Shown piece after piece: positions 34,501 through 46,771 of a stretch of DNA of 64,000 nt. The stretch comes from Laetmonice hystrix (lineage: Eukaryota). The stretch is from assembly GCA_965235115.1 (NCBI GenBank), contig OZ249439.1, forward strand, positions 18,600,001 through 18,664,000, written 5' to 3'. Within the stretch, counting starts at the first letter, position 1. Each line of letters begins with the position of its first letter. The notes under the pieces were generated by a model. That model was not told where the DNA came from. It did no database searches and saw only the letters and a program-made list of their open reading frames with translations. Position numbers and translations under genes: made by a program.

Positions 34501-37500
34501 AGTTTCGTTTCGTTTGGTTGAACTCTGTGTGCGTAAGATATATTAAATATTATTTTAATGTGTAGAAATAAGAAATATTAATCTTACTCAAATGTTAATC
34601 TTAATCATTGTTAGCTCAGACAACCTGCCTCAACCTTAGAATGAGGATTATTCCCGGCTCCCATTCTTGATTAGGTCAATGAATATTAACCGACAAACAT
34701 ACAGTTGACGTGGAGCGGACCAGTGGATGATGATCAACTGGTTTGTTACTGATCCCTGATACCGGCTGCTAGGTTTGCCTACCAATGCCTGGTGTAGTTT
34801 GCCATGGTAAGGCGGGGGCGGCCCGGTCGGAGCTGATGTACAGACGGCGCCTCCCGCCCCCGATCCTCCCACATGGAGCCAGCTCACTGCAGGTGTACAA
34901 ACAGCAGGCAGCTCCTCTCACGGCAGCCTGACCACATGACATATTGCTGCTGACCCCAGGATATGGACTGGGTTTAATCTGGCCTCACAACCATGATGAC
35001 GGTGATGATGATGCCAGCGTGCCCCGCCCCCCAGGTGCCCTGTGCCTTGCGCCCACTTATAGAACCTTCACCACCATCATCCAGCAGGTCGTCTTACTGC
35101 TGCGGCTATCCGTCTCAGCTAGAACCACGAGAGATAGATGTTTTACCTGGCTGACCTTGACCAGCATGTCCACACCTCATATGGCTATTTATGACATACT
35201 CCGTCTTCCCCTCAACATGGCACTGGCCTTGCTCGTGTCAGACCATCTCTCATGGTGGCAATGTAATTTTCGGATCTGGTCCCAGAGTGAGTTAACTGGT
35301 GACGATTATGCGAGGTTTGGGAGTCTCAAAGCAGCTAGGGCGTTCTTGTACTTAGTAGTTTGCCAGCTGTAAAAAAACGTGGCAGCAGAGTTTTGATATC
35401 CAATCACGAACATAGATTTGTTAACTCCAAAATGAGGGTTGTTCATACCCGACTTTATTCCTGCCCCTGTGAAAGGCTGTGGATGGCCAACCATAACGTA
35501 TTCGGTTGCAAGTTTTGCTACTAGGGGGCGCAGTGGTGGTTATTATCCACGACCCTGCCCCAGACCCAGGCAGAGTAAATACTTTGCTGCTGCTGCCCAG
35601 TAGTAATTGACATCGAATGGACTCGGTCAGGTTTTCTTGTGGTAACCCAGGGTGCTCGTTGATAGCTCGACTCATTTAGTGATCACAGGGGCCGTGGCCA
35701 CCTGCCGGTCGGCTAGCGAGTTGCTCATGAATCACATGATGAGAAGTGTGGAGGTGACGGGTGGAGCAGTTACTGGTGCCTGCCCAGGTCCCGCTCTCAC
35801 ATACCGACAGCACACTCCGTGTTCTAATCGTATTCATTGGTCCCATACCTGTCGGTGGTGTATACACGTTCTGCTTATATCAAAATAATGACGACTTTTT
35901 CATCGGAGATCAGAGGGCCACTCGAGAGTTATTTCATCTCTCTACCCACATTCGATTTGGAAGGAATGTATAAGTAAGCGTTTACCAAGCGATTCGGATA
36001 ATGTTGTGTTGGATATTTGCAATGACTGTAACATTCCCATCCACATTTTGTCCCAGCCATCGGTACTCTGAATCAGTGTGTCGGCGTTATCTTGAGTAGG
36101 ATTTCCAAAGTGCCGGGAATGAATTGAGGAGACATAATTAAAATGGTAAAAAGCCCACTGATTTATTGGTTGATGACCATTGCTTTAGAGTATCGGATTT
36201 TAGGTATTACCACTTGATTATTGAGAAACGGCTTCAGCGATATTGTATCTTTGTAACTGGAGGCCAGCAATCAAGGCATGAGGCGTGGAGAAAATAAATC
36301 CATCAGGGTACCTTGAAGACAGCAGCCTTTTTACACAGCCTGCCTTTCACACAGATGATTATCAACGTGCAACCGGGCCTCAGTATGAAGGTCTCGAGTT
36401 TAGGCAGGATGTATTGATGTTCATCAGCGGTCGTAGGGAGTTCCCCGGAGACCGGCGCCCAATCCCGTCCATTGAGGCTGGGCTTTGCCGCTCAGGGCTG
36501 GGGATTGGGACATAGAATTAGCTTGCTGGAGTCCCGCTAGGTGTCCACCATCACGTCCAGTCTTGTCAGTAATCAGGCCGCCTGCCAATCAGACGGTTAT
36601 TAGAGGCCATCAGAGCTACTGCACCGTTTCTGTTCGACCTGCAGCTTCACACCGCACAATGTAGGACACAGACGTCGACATGGCGTAATTATCGTCGGGT
36701 TTACATGATATCACATCGTTATAATTATTCTATACTCCCATACAACTCACGTACATACAAATCTCAATAGGAAACTATGCGATGTCATGAAATTCAGAAA
36801 TGATTTTAATTGTCATGCCATCTCTCACACTTTATAAAGATTCACCCACATATCGAGGCCGACTCTCCACAGATATTGTATTACAGTTTATTGCCCTTTT
36901 CTTGAAGTGAACAATGTCAATTTGGACACGATAATTACCCACCTATCAGTAGGGAGGATCCCCTAGTCCAGAACACCATCCTGAACATGGGATTATGATC
37001 ACATTTAGCCAATATTCGAGGTACCCGGTGGTGAACAATCAGGCTGAGGTGACAGGAGCAAGAGCTGACCACGCTTTCTCTGGTCGCTCTGTGTATAGAT
37101 GGCGCCACCGCTCCTCAACTCTCAATCCAACAGTCCATCGTTAGGGTTAGCTCGACCTTAATGTTTAGTGACAGTCAGATTAATTTTACAGCTTTGATTA
37201 AAAACCACATCTTTGTGTAAGAATTCTCACAGGACAGTTTATTCACCCAACAGGAGCATTGTTGTGAAGGAAATGTTGAACGGATGTTTCCGTGTTCAAG
37301 GCGTCTGTGCACAGAAGAAAACAATGCTTCGTTAGCGGTGACGGTCCGTGCACGAGCACCTGCTGGTTGTCCCTGCCTTTAACATAGACACTTCCCCTTA
37401 TTTCTGACAATGACCGTTTTCAACCTTCATGCATTGAAGCGGGCCATGGGTTCAGCTGTGCCAACCCCTGTGTTTCCGGCAATGTCGGAGCCCTACTAGT

Positions 37501-37757
37501 GTCCACCTATATGTCATCATTACTAGGAATGAACGTGCGGAAATATCCGTCCTTGTAGGAGGTAGGGGGTTGACAGCTTGCGGGTCCCTCGAATACACAT
37601 GACATATTAGTCATCGTGACTTGATGAGTCGGGCCCAGAGCTGCCGACGGGCCTGGTGTATAAACAAGACTAAAACGTTCTAGTTTGGAAACACATAAAA
37701 CCACTTTTTAACCATCTAATTAAAATCGAAAGAGAGCGAAATTGCGCCTGTTGAGCG

Positions 37758-37950
37758 GTGATGCTTCCATTGCTTCTATGTAATCGTGATGCTTCCATTG
37801 ATTCTAATCGTGATGCTTCCATTGATTCTATGTAATCGTGATGCTTCCATTGATTTTATCTAATCGTGATGCTTCCATTGATTCTATGTAATTGTGATGC
37901 TTCCATTGATTCTAATCGTGATGCTTCCATTGATTCTATGTAATCGTGAT
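37758..37950 (+). repeat. Minisatellite, 7 copies of GTGATGCTTCCATTGATTCTA(TGTA)ATC (28/24 bp)
   Basis: Unit lengths read 28, 24, 28, 28, 28, 24, 28. Confidence 0.96.
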
Positions 37951-38034
37951 CACATTGTGATATCGCGGTTTTCTCCCAACTGTTGATCTTTTGACTCGTC
38001 ACTAAATGTTTGGTATGTGTGTGCGGCTGGTTAC

Positions 38035-38201
38035 AGTGGTGGTCAGAGGACGCCAGTCATAGTCAGACGTCGTATGAGCTGGCGTCAGGTGACCGGCCTT
38101 GGCTGTACACCAGGGAGTGAGTGCTCCAAGAAATACGTCGTCCCAAAAAATATCACCGTCCTGGTACAACAGGTACACATCCTGGTACCATGCAGTGATA
38201 C
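38035..38201 (-). CDS. Candidate internal exon ((G)ITAWYQDVYLLYQDGDIFWDDVFLGALTPWCTAKAGHLTPAHTTSDYDWRPLTTT)
   Basis: Acceptor tgtatgccgctcag|GT and donor ACT|gtaacc. 167 nt, phase 1 to 0, with clear C/G third-position bias. Lies within ORF 38002..38262. Confidence 0.5.
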
Positions 38202-39692
38202 CTGAGCGGCATACAGCGGCAGCAAAACTGAACGTTATCAAATACATGTATTGTGAATTCACAGTATGAATCAGATTGAGTTACTATAGCGCGTATCTGA
38301 GGTTTTGGACTGGTGTGCCTTATATTCTAGCACTTATAGTTGGCCTCAGTAGAGACATCAGACACTATACCTATGTGGCTTGTAATGGGTGAGAATGCCA
38401 TGATTTGGTTCTGAGAAAGGAATATTGGAGACTTTTGTATGACAACTGGGAGAGTAATACCCACTAACGACATGAATTGATATCGGTCTATATATCAGCA
38501 GGACATGCCCAACATGGATATATTCCTTGAATCAGGACACGTTTTATGGCAACTTTATAGACGTAACTGACGTTTGCATGACAACGGGCATAAAATAATG
38601 ACCACAGGAGACTTTTATGTGAAGGAACATGAAGTATACTGCACATTATGAGAAGCGATGCAATACGAAGTTTTAGATATTGGAGCTGCTGGCTTTAACG
38701 ATGTGCCTATTTTTGTTTCAGCAGGAGAGAGGTAGTTAAGCGGAGCTTTAGACATCTTGATAGATGCTGAGAATACATTATTAAGACCTTATACAGTCCA
38801 AATAGATACTTATGGCTAAGGCTGAATGTACTAATTCCCATTTTGTTGATCTTTTGTAGGAAAAGAAGAAATTGCCTTGGGCGTTGTGAGCTGAAGTAGA
38901 GTTGAGCTTGGTGAGTACTAGTCATGTGTTGTATCATGGACGGAATGTTAGGTTGATGTGGTTGTCATGGAAATAATGGGTCAGGTAGCGTAGAAAAAAA
39001 GGTTAACACTGTAATGAATGCATTGCCTTAATGTTTCATTCCCTTTGTAAAGAAATCAGAGACAACAGTTAAAGTTTGCAAAAGAAAGTTTGAGCAATTA
39101 ATTGCTGCACTGATTACAAACTGCTCATTTTGCGACAAGGATAGCGTCCTCCTTTCACGATGTCACTATTGCTCTAACGGTTGGTTTAGATCGGATTTTA
39201 TAAAGCAATACTATAGATTCATTATTATATGTGGAAATTACACATTATATGTGGAAAGGAATCCTTCGATGACGGCAAAGCTACATTGAAATTGAAATCG
39301 CCTGTGATCTGACAGGTTTGTGATACTGAAGCTTGTTAGTCATCTGATATATGATACACTACTGTAACAGTACGCTCAGAATAACAGCATCTACTTCTAG
39401 TGCATCTTACTGTGCAAGTGTATGATTCTAATAATAAAAGCCTGGTCTAAAAGCTATAGCAATATGACAGTTATACATAAAACGCTAATATGATCTGTCC
39501 AAGGGGACCGCTAGTGTGTTCCTGATTCACGTCGTTCACGTCAAAGTGAAAACTTTCAACCTTTGGTTTGGTTTGTATACATGATGGGGCGTGGGGTGTG
39601 GCAGCCGACTGGACGGGAAGCTGTGGGAAGGTATTCAGTCAATAATAACTGGGAACGTGGCACAGAGAGCAGACTCTATAGGCTGCTCTCAC

Positions 39693-39781
39693 TCGGCTAC
39701 ACGCTCTCCGTCCTCCTTGGCCAGTGTTGATGGAGTACAGGAGTATGTAAGCAATTGTTTCCAGATGGCTGAGCCTTGGAG
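39693..39781 (-). CDS. Candidate internal exon (PRLSHLETIAYILLYSINTGQGGRRACSR)
   Basis: Acceptor cccgctccgttctcag|CT and donor CGA|gtgaga. 89 nt, phase 1 to 0. Confidence 0.4.
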
Positions 39782-41018
39782 CTGAGAACGGAGCGGGAGG
39801 CTTTATTACCGTCAATAAAAAAAACATAGATAAGGACCATATTATACGCCACCCGACAGGATAAAACATAGCCTACCATATTCTGTCTTAATTAATATGA
39901 TATTGTGGCGATCACTGGGTAATCTAGATCCTAGGGAGAGAGTGATCCTTTCAGGGCCATGTAGATTATTAAGAGCCAGTAAAATATTGGTAGTAGTAAT
40001 GATTTTGTTGTGGAAGATTATTCCATAGCAAAATACTGAAGATATCAATACATACTGTTAAAAGTAACAATAGGTTTGGCGAGGACGTTGGCATGCGAGT
40101 GGCATTATTTCATCAAAGTGTTGACGCGACCGGGTGACGATGCCTTCAAGGGTCGCGGTGTTCGAACTGATCCTTCAAATCATTGAAGTCAGACTTTACA
40201 CCTGAATTGTTACCTGGAGGGCCTTGAAGGTTGATGGTTGCATTCATCTCAAGTGTTCTGACACTCAGTAACACTTCACAGGAATGGCTTGGCCTTAGTT
40301 GTGACACAAACAGGGGTGTCATTGTAAGTTATCATTATAGAATGGCTTTTGTTCTCTGTGGCCCAAAGGTGTTGAAATGAAATGTTTGGTTCTCTTTGCA
40401 AACATGATAGATTATATTCAGCGGTTGGAGGCCGCGTTCAATCCCACCCAGTGCTTCTGACCTACGTTGTTAAATGTTAAATTTTCTTTATCGGACGACC
40501 ACCGGTATTATATAGTTTAGATAAAAGAAATGAACTCATATTATCTAAGTGTTTGCTTCAAAGAATAAGTTGTAGGAGTTCATGTTGAGAAGGCTTGAAT
40601 TTAGATGTTGCCTGTAGTAATATTCCCTGGAGATGGCATCAAGATGGCGTCTGAATGGATTCTTCCCCACTAAACTCTTCCACAGAATACAACTTCAAGT
40701 TCTCACAGAAGCCGTTGACGCAGTTTATCTGTACAGTTTTGTAATATACCTAAAACAACGGATGTTTAATGGATAGTATCTGACAGACCAAGAGAAGACC
40801 TAGTCTTTGTAAGGTGAACTGTTCCTGGTAATAGCGATCTCCGTGTCCAAGAGGCCTGCCACAATATGATCGTTTCTTGGAAATCAAATCATTTAGTTGA
40901 GAGGAGTCGGTATTCTTATATTATCTCGTACGTGTGCCGCTGTGCCGCCTGTTGAGGCACGTTTCCTTGGTAACAGTCGCATAGTTCATCATATAACCAG
41001 TACGCCTTCTGAAAGTAC

Positions 41019-41076
41019 CTTCACGTAGGTGGACGGCTGATGATACGAAACGTTTGTTTTTCACGAAGTCCACCCC
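41019..41076 (-). CDS. Candidate short internal exon (GVDFVKNKRFVSSAVHLRE)
   Basis: Strong acceptor cactttccatttcctcag|GGG and donor AAG|gtactt. 58 nt, phase 0 to 1, compatible with either the 39693-39781 or the 38035-38201 exon. Confidence 0.38.
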
Positions 41077-41394
41077 CTGAGGAAATGGAAAGTGTTGTTC
41101 AATGAAGTCGTTATCGTTGATTTTGGCGTAAAACAATAGGAAAATGTTATTGTCGGAGATTCAAGATATTTCGAGGTTAGAGATAGGGAACTACAAAAGC
41201 AACATCTAAGGCACAAGTTACGGATGGTAGTAAAATACAGATATCTAAATATTCTGGATAATGATTTAGAAAGTAAATATTTGTTTGAATTCAAATCCTG
41301 TGAGTAAGACAGATGAAATCGTTAGGTTTTATACTACGAGAGCGGAACTAATGTTAACCGTGGTTGCTTGTCTCCGATCTCACAGGAAGTAAGG

Positions 41395-41425
41395 AAGCCA
41401 TCCTTCCGCCTTTATATCTCCGCCC
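41395..41425 (-). promoter_or_regulatory. Possible Pol II core promoter (GC box plus TATA-like element)
   Basis: Minus strand reads GGGCGG-AGATATAAA-GGCGGAAGGATGGCTTCC. It points toward the 38-41 kb exon candidates. Motif match only. Confidence 0.22.
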
Positions 41426-44400
41426 GTGAGACTTGAGGAAAATCGACCCACTTTCCAAATCTGTTGTCATGGAAACGAGGTTTATGTTTATGAAAGTTGT
41501 GTTGGTACCTGTATGTCTAGGTCTGAGGTCAATAAGCGCAGCTAATTTGATGTTAAAACACATTGGTTTTACCTGTTGAGACTATGCTTCCATGGCGGCC
41601 CTAAACCATTGATCGGTAGCTCAGACTGTGGACGCTGTGGTGGAGTATATTGCGAGCGTCTTGCTCTGTGATAGGTGCCGGTTGGTGGTAAACGTGTCGG
41701 TTTGCAGAGATGAGACGCCGCGGTAGGTATTAAGTGTGCCCGGCTGGTCCGTTGAAAATGTTTGCTGCCGGTCTGGAGATCAGCCGACAAAAATACATGA
41801 CGCCACAATCAACCTGAGACGATCACGTCTTCTGAGCAGCCACGAGAGGGCGCGGAGGTTGTCTTACAATGTTAGGGAGGCTGGCAGAGTTCAGATGATG
41901 GTCGAGATGTAGAAAGACATGGTGGCAGAGGCTAGTCTCTGGTCCTCTGAGGAGTATGGTCTGTCAACCCTCTGATGGCATTTTCATGTCAACAGCAATG
42001 TTGCGCATGCCGAACGGAGGTGTTGCCTGGCCCCACAGAAACACTTAGCATCACAGAGGCATGTTGTTGGCCTCGCCCTGACCACATGCATTAGCTGTAG
42101 GGCCTCCTCAGCTGGACCAAAGTGACAATGCCTAAATCACATTCCTTTGATATAGGCTTGGAGGCAGGGTAGCATCTAGCAACACTGAATGCGGACTTAG
42201 ATGGTGAATCACTATTTATTGGAAGTAACTAAAATGGGTGCGACCCAGATTCTACCCAGTAATACCGTTCACTCTTTCGCTGCAAGGAAAGTCTTCGACG
42301 GATTTCAGTTGCTGCAGCAAGATTACTGATGAAAGGTTCCCCAAACCTGAAATATACAGAGATATGCCCAAGGAGCTAACACATCAGTGCATTTATATTT
42401 TGATGTAGGTCAAATCTCATTCGAAACCCTACGTTCAGAACCTAAACATAGAGCATAAAACAGTGCTCTCGGGCGTCTTCAGTGATACATGAAATTTATC
42501 CCCATGCCTGTTAAATGTAACTCCTTGGAGCTAAGTCCCTGGTGATAGCTGTGGAGATGTAAGTTTCCTGCTTCCTACTTACTGAAAAGATTTCCCTCTA
42601 TAGATTTGTAAATGGCATGGCGAAAATGAAGCGCTAATGCGTTGGAAGCAACGAGGAATCTTGTTTTCTGCAAGTGAGAAGGCTAAGCCTCCCACAGGGA
42701 CAAATAGTGCATTAAGACATTTGTTGTCAGATGTACTTCTTTATAGTGTGAAAGGTTATTTGATGTATGATTAAGAACACATTGCTCTGTGTTACTTGAA
42801 CATATTAACATTTCTGAACGAATCAGATGCATTATGGAAGGAAACAGTCAACAGATTTATTAAGTGAATAATTGTCTTAAATAAAAGAGTGAGAATTATT
42901 CTTTCAGGAGTATTTTCTCATTTAATGAGGGCTCTGGACGAAACGAAAAAATATCGACCCAGACGAAGTGACTTTATATCAATAGAATAACGACTCAGTC
43001 ATATTTCCATCATGACTCCTTATATAATGTTATATGAACTCCTAATTTTTCTATTTTGAATGTAGACAATAACTGAGATACATTTGCAACGCCAGTAAAA
43101 TGTCCGTTAGAGTAAGCGGTCAGACAATATAAATGAGATAAAATGAGGTTACTGTGCTATAAATCGCAAGATCCTCATGAAACACCAGCAACCATAGCCA
43201 TGAAGGAAGTGACTAGATTATCTATAATACCTTCGTCCATTAGTGAGCAGGAAGCTCCAGCATGGGAAGCAACGGTTTCGAACCCTCATTACACGGATTT
43301 TCTTGATGAAGCCCACGAAGATAAGAGCCTCAGAGACAGACATCAATTAGGTAGATAGGCACTGGCCCCCAGTTTCTTCCCAATGACCCTATGTCCTCCC
43401 ATTGATCTTCCTCCATTTATGTTTTTAATGGGCAGCTGAGCAATGGAGTCGAGGTCCTTCCCTCTTTGAAGGCAGTTTGCCCCGAGTCTTGCTGATTGCC
43501 CTAGTCTAGGCTGAGTTCCTTTATCCAGGTACTCCACAGGAATAGGTGTCCCTTTGTTCTTGTAGCTTTTGTCAGTGTTTTCTGTGAGCCTGTAAGAATT
43601 GGGAGTTTGATATTTCCTGGCGTATGGCTTGGATCTATCCAGGTTTTTGACCAGAGAACAATGGCCTGTATCTATAATAGTATTTGCATACAAAAGGGTG
43701 CAGTAATGCTGAAGACCAGTAACTCCACCCAGCCATATGGTACCACTGCCAGGCTGAATTGAAGCCGGAAAGATGTCACATTATGACACACCTCGTACGT
43801 GTGCAACTGGAAAGTCTCAGGTAGCGGCACATGTATACATCTGCTTTTTGGATTAGTATTTGGAAGAGGGCTGGAATCCTACAGACTGGAAGGCATTTGC
43901 TTGTGCAGCAACAGAGTAATTTTATCAGAACTTACACGTTATGCGATTCTTGTTTCGCAGACAGATTTACGATGCGACTATACAATGTGTAATGACTTTG
44001 AGTCAGCCAGGATTAAGAAGTTTCTTGATGGCGTGCAGTAATGTTTGATGTAAGTAAAATCAAACATAAATCATTGACCCGAGACATGTTGCGATGGCAG
44101 CTGTGAGCCGGGAAGCACTGTAGGTGAGGCCTGAAGCACTGGCCCGAAAGCCTGCATAATGGACGCCGATTACGTCCTCAAGACAGCTGTCTTCCTCAGG
44201 CGTAATGCAAACTCCTCACTTGGTGGAGATCAAAAAGCACTCCTCTCTATGGCACTCCTCCCTCCTCCATCTCACCAGATTGCAACGGAGATAAACGAAG
44301 AGGGGTTGGGCTCAGCGGGAACATTGTAGAGAGACAGTTGAGGATGTTACCCGCAGATGTTGACTGCAGACGTTGTTATCCAGGCGCATCTCAGTATAGA

Positions 44401-44602
44401 GAGGGATCTGAAGGAGACTTATTCAACAAACTTTCATCCATACTTTTTTGTTCCTACCCCTTTCACATAACCGAGTTCCATGTTGAATTCGGATCTCTCA
44501 AAGGGTGCCGACCTGGCAGAATATGTCAATTGCACAGTACGTCATAATTATTATCATTTTAAGTAGGTAATATCTGCCCCTTGAACTTGGAGTCATACAC
44601 AC

Positions 44603-44925
44603 ATGACCCAACCTGTTCTCTACGAACGTAACATGAGAGATAATCAGTTCAAGCTGAGTTTTTATCAGAACTCTTTTGAAGTGGTAGTGGTGATACATCG
44701 CACTGAATACAATAAGGCTTATGATTATGTTACGCTGTCGGGGGTTGTGAAAATGGTTATGGCGTATAAATCCAACTGCGACGGTTTGAAATTCATAGGC
44801 TGCAAAGTGGTAAAAGAGCATAGTCTGGCATTCCCAGTCGTCTGCTATGGTTACTGACTCGTAAACGGGTCATGATCATAAACCACCGAAAGGGGCAGTA
44901 CATTCAGGGCCAGACAGGGGGCGCC
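44603..44925 (+). pseudogene. Possible highly degenerate non-LTR retrotransposon reverse-transcriptase fragment
   Basis: Translation gives DNQF...EYNKAYDYV...VVKMVMAY...LKFI...*LVNGS*S...RQG. This resembles the LINE RT motif order QFGF / DxxKAFDxV / KLxxY / VNGxxS / GVxQG. Spacing is longer than canonical and there are in-frame stops. Confidence 0.3.
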
Positions 44926-45515
44926 AGGGGTATGACAGGGCGTGAGGATGATACCTTCAACCACTCCTCAGTACGGTCACATTTCACAACTCGTCTGCTA
45001 CTACAGTTTTAGAAATGATAACGGGCAAATATTTATATAAAACCATAAAACATTGCTGCTAAGATATCACGGGAGCTACAGATAATAAATAATGTGACAT
45101 CATAGTTTTTATTGCACTGCTATCTGATAGGTCTCAAATACTGTCCGGTAAGCATAAACTCTAGGCCAATCGGTGGTTCATGTAGGGAAACAGGACATTT
45201 TCCTGGCCAGAAATCAGGAAATATTTACTTTATATTTAAAGATAATTATCGAACACTATATCAGTATGCTATACGGGGTATTCGTTTTTATGTTGGTTGT
45301 TGGAGGAACGCGCCCCGTCTGCTCGGAACGGTTGTCAAACAAAACGCCAGAGACGTGCTGTCTACTAATTGTACATATGTTGAAATTATATGTTGAAAGC
45401 TGTACATGTAGAAAAAGTGAATCGTGCGCCGCCGTGGTTGTAATGTGATGAGCGTCATCCCGTTGGCATGACCCGAGACGTCTGTATATTGAGGCGGTGG
45501 TGTCCGGTGTCTGTC

Positions 45516-46771
45516 GTGGAGGCGTGCAGTGTGAGGTGCCGGGGTGAGGGTGGAGGGGTCTATGTGAGACTGTGGAGGCGTGCAGTGTGAGGTGCCGGGG
45601 TGAGGGTGGAGGGGTGACCGGCGGCAGTGGAGGGGGGAGGTCTATGTGAGACTGTGGAGGCGTGCAGTGTGAGGTGCCGGGGTGAGGGTGGAGGTGTCTA
45701 TGTGGGACTGTGGAGGCGTGCAGTGTGAGGTGGCGGGGTCAGGGTGGAGGGGTGACCGGCGGCAGTGGAGGGGGGAGGTCTATGTGAGACTGTGGAGGCG
45801 TGCAGTGTGAGGTGCCGGGGTGAGGGTGGAGGGGTCTATGTGAGACTGTGGAGGCATGCAGTGTGAGATGGCGGGGTGAGGGTGGAGGGGTGACCGGTGG
45901 CAGTGGAGGAGGGAGGTCTATGTGAGACTGTGGAGGCGTGCAGTGTGAGGTGCCGGGGTGAGGGTGGAGGGGTCTATGTGGGACTGTGGAGGCGTGCAGT
46001 GTGAGGTGGCGGGGTGAGGGTGGAGGGGTGACCGGTGGCAGTGGAGGAGGGAGGTCTATGTGAGACTGTGGAGGCGTGCAGTGTGAGGTGGCGGGGTGAG
46101 GGTGGAGGGGTGACCGGCGGCAGTGGAGGGGGGAGGTCTATGTGAGACTGTGGAGGCGTGCAGTGTGAGGTGCCGGGGTGAGGGTGGAGGGGTCTATGTG
46201 GGACTGTGGAGGCGTGCAGTGTGAGGTGTCGGGGTGAGGGTGGAGGGGTCTATGTGGGACTGTGGAGGCGTGCAGTGTGATGTGCCGGGGTGAGGGTGGA
46301 GGGGTGACCGGCGGCAGTGGAGGGGGGAGGTCTATGTGGGACTGTGGAGGCGTGCAGTGTGAGGTGCCGGGGTGAGGGTGGGGGGTCTATGTGGGACTGT
46401 GGAGGCGTGCAGTGTGAGGTGCCGGGGTGAGGGTGGAGGGGTGACCGGCGGCGGTGGAGGGGGGAGGTCTATGTGAGACTGTGGAGGCGTGCAGTGTGAG
46501 GTGCCGGGGTGAGGGTGGAGGGGTCTATGTGGGACTGGAGGCGTGCAGTGTGAGGTGCCGGGGTGAGGGTGGAGGGGTCTATGTGGGACTGGAGGCGTGC
46601 AGTGTGAGGTGCCGGGGTGAGGGTGGAGGGGTCTATGTGGGACTGTGGAGGCGCGCAGTGTGAGGTGGCGGGGTGAGGGTGCAGGGGTCTATGTGGGACT
46701 GTGGAGGCGTGCAGTGTGAGGTGCCGGGGTGAGGGTGGAGGGGTGACCGGGGGCAGTGGAGGGGGGAGGTC
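45516..46771 (+). repeat. G-rich two-unit minisatellite, 19 units: A (54-56 bp) and B (82 bp = A plus a 26-bp insert)
   Basis: A = GTGGAGGCGTGCAGTGTGAGGTGCCGGGGTGAGGGTGGAGGGGTCTATGTG(A/G)GACT. B inserts GACCGGCGGCAGTGGAGGGGGGAGGT. Order: ABABABABBAABABAAAAB, with the last B partial. Confidence 0.97.

Noticed and set aside
41038-41060. Minimal hammerhead CTGATGA-TAC-GAAAC
   Set aside because: There is no stem II and no stem I pairing. It overlaps a candidate exon on the other strand.
42302-42365. Hammerhead ribozyme (CTGATGA-a-AGGTT-cccca-AACCT-GAAA)
   Set aside because: There is an extra A before stem II and no G10.1-C11.1 pair. Stems I and III cannot be formed with a valid NUH site (the best 3' option gives AUG). 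An RNAMotif/Infernal scan would settle it.
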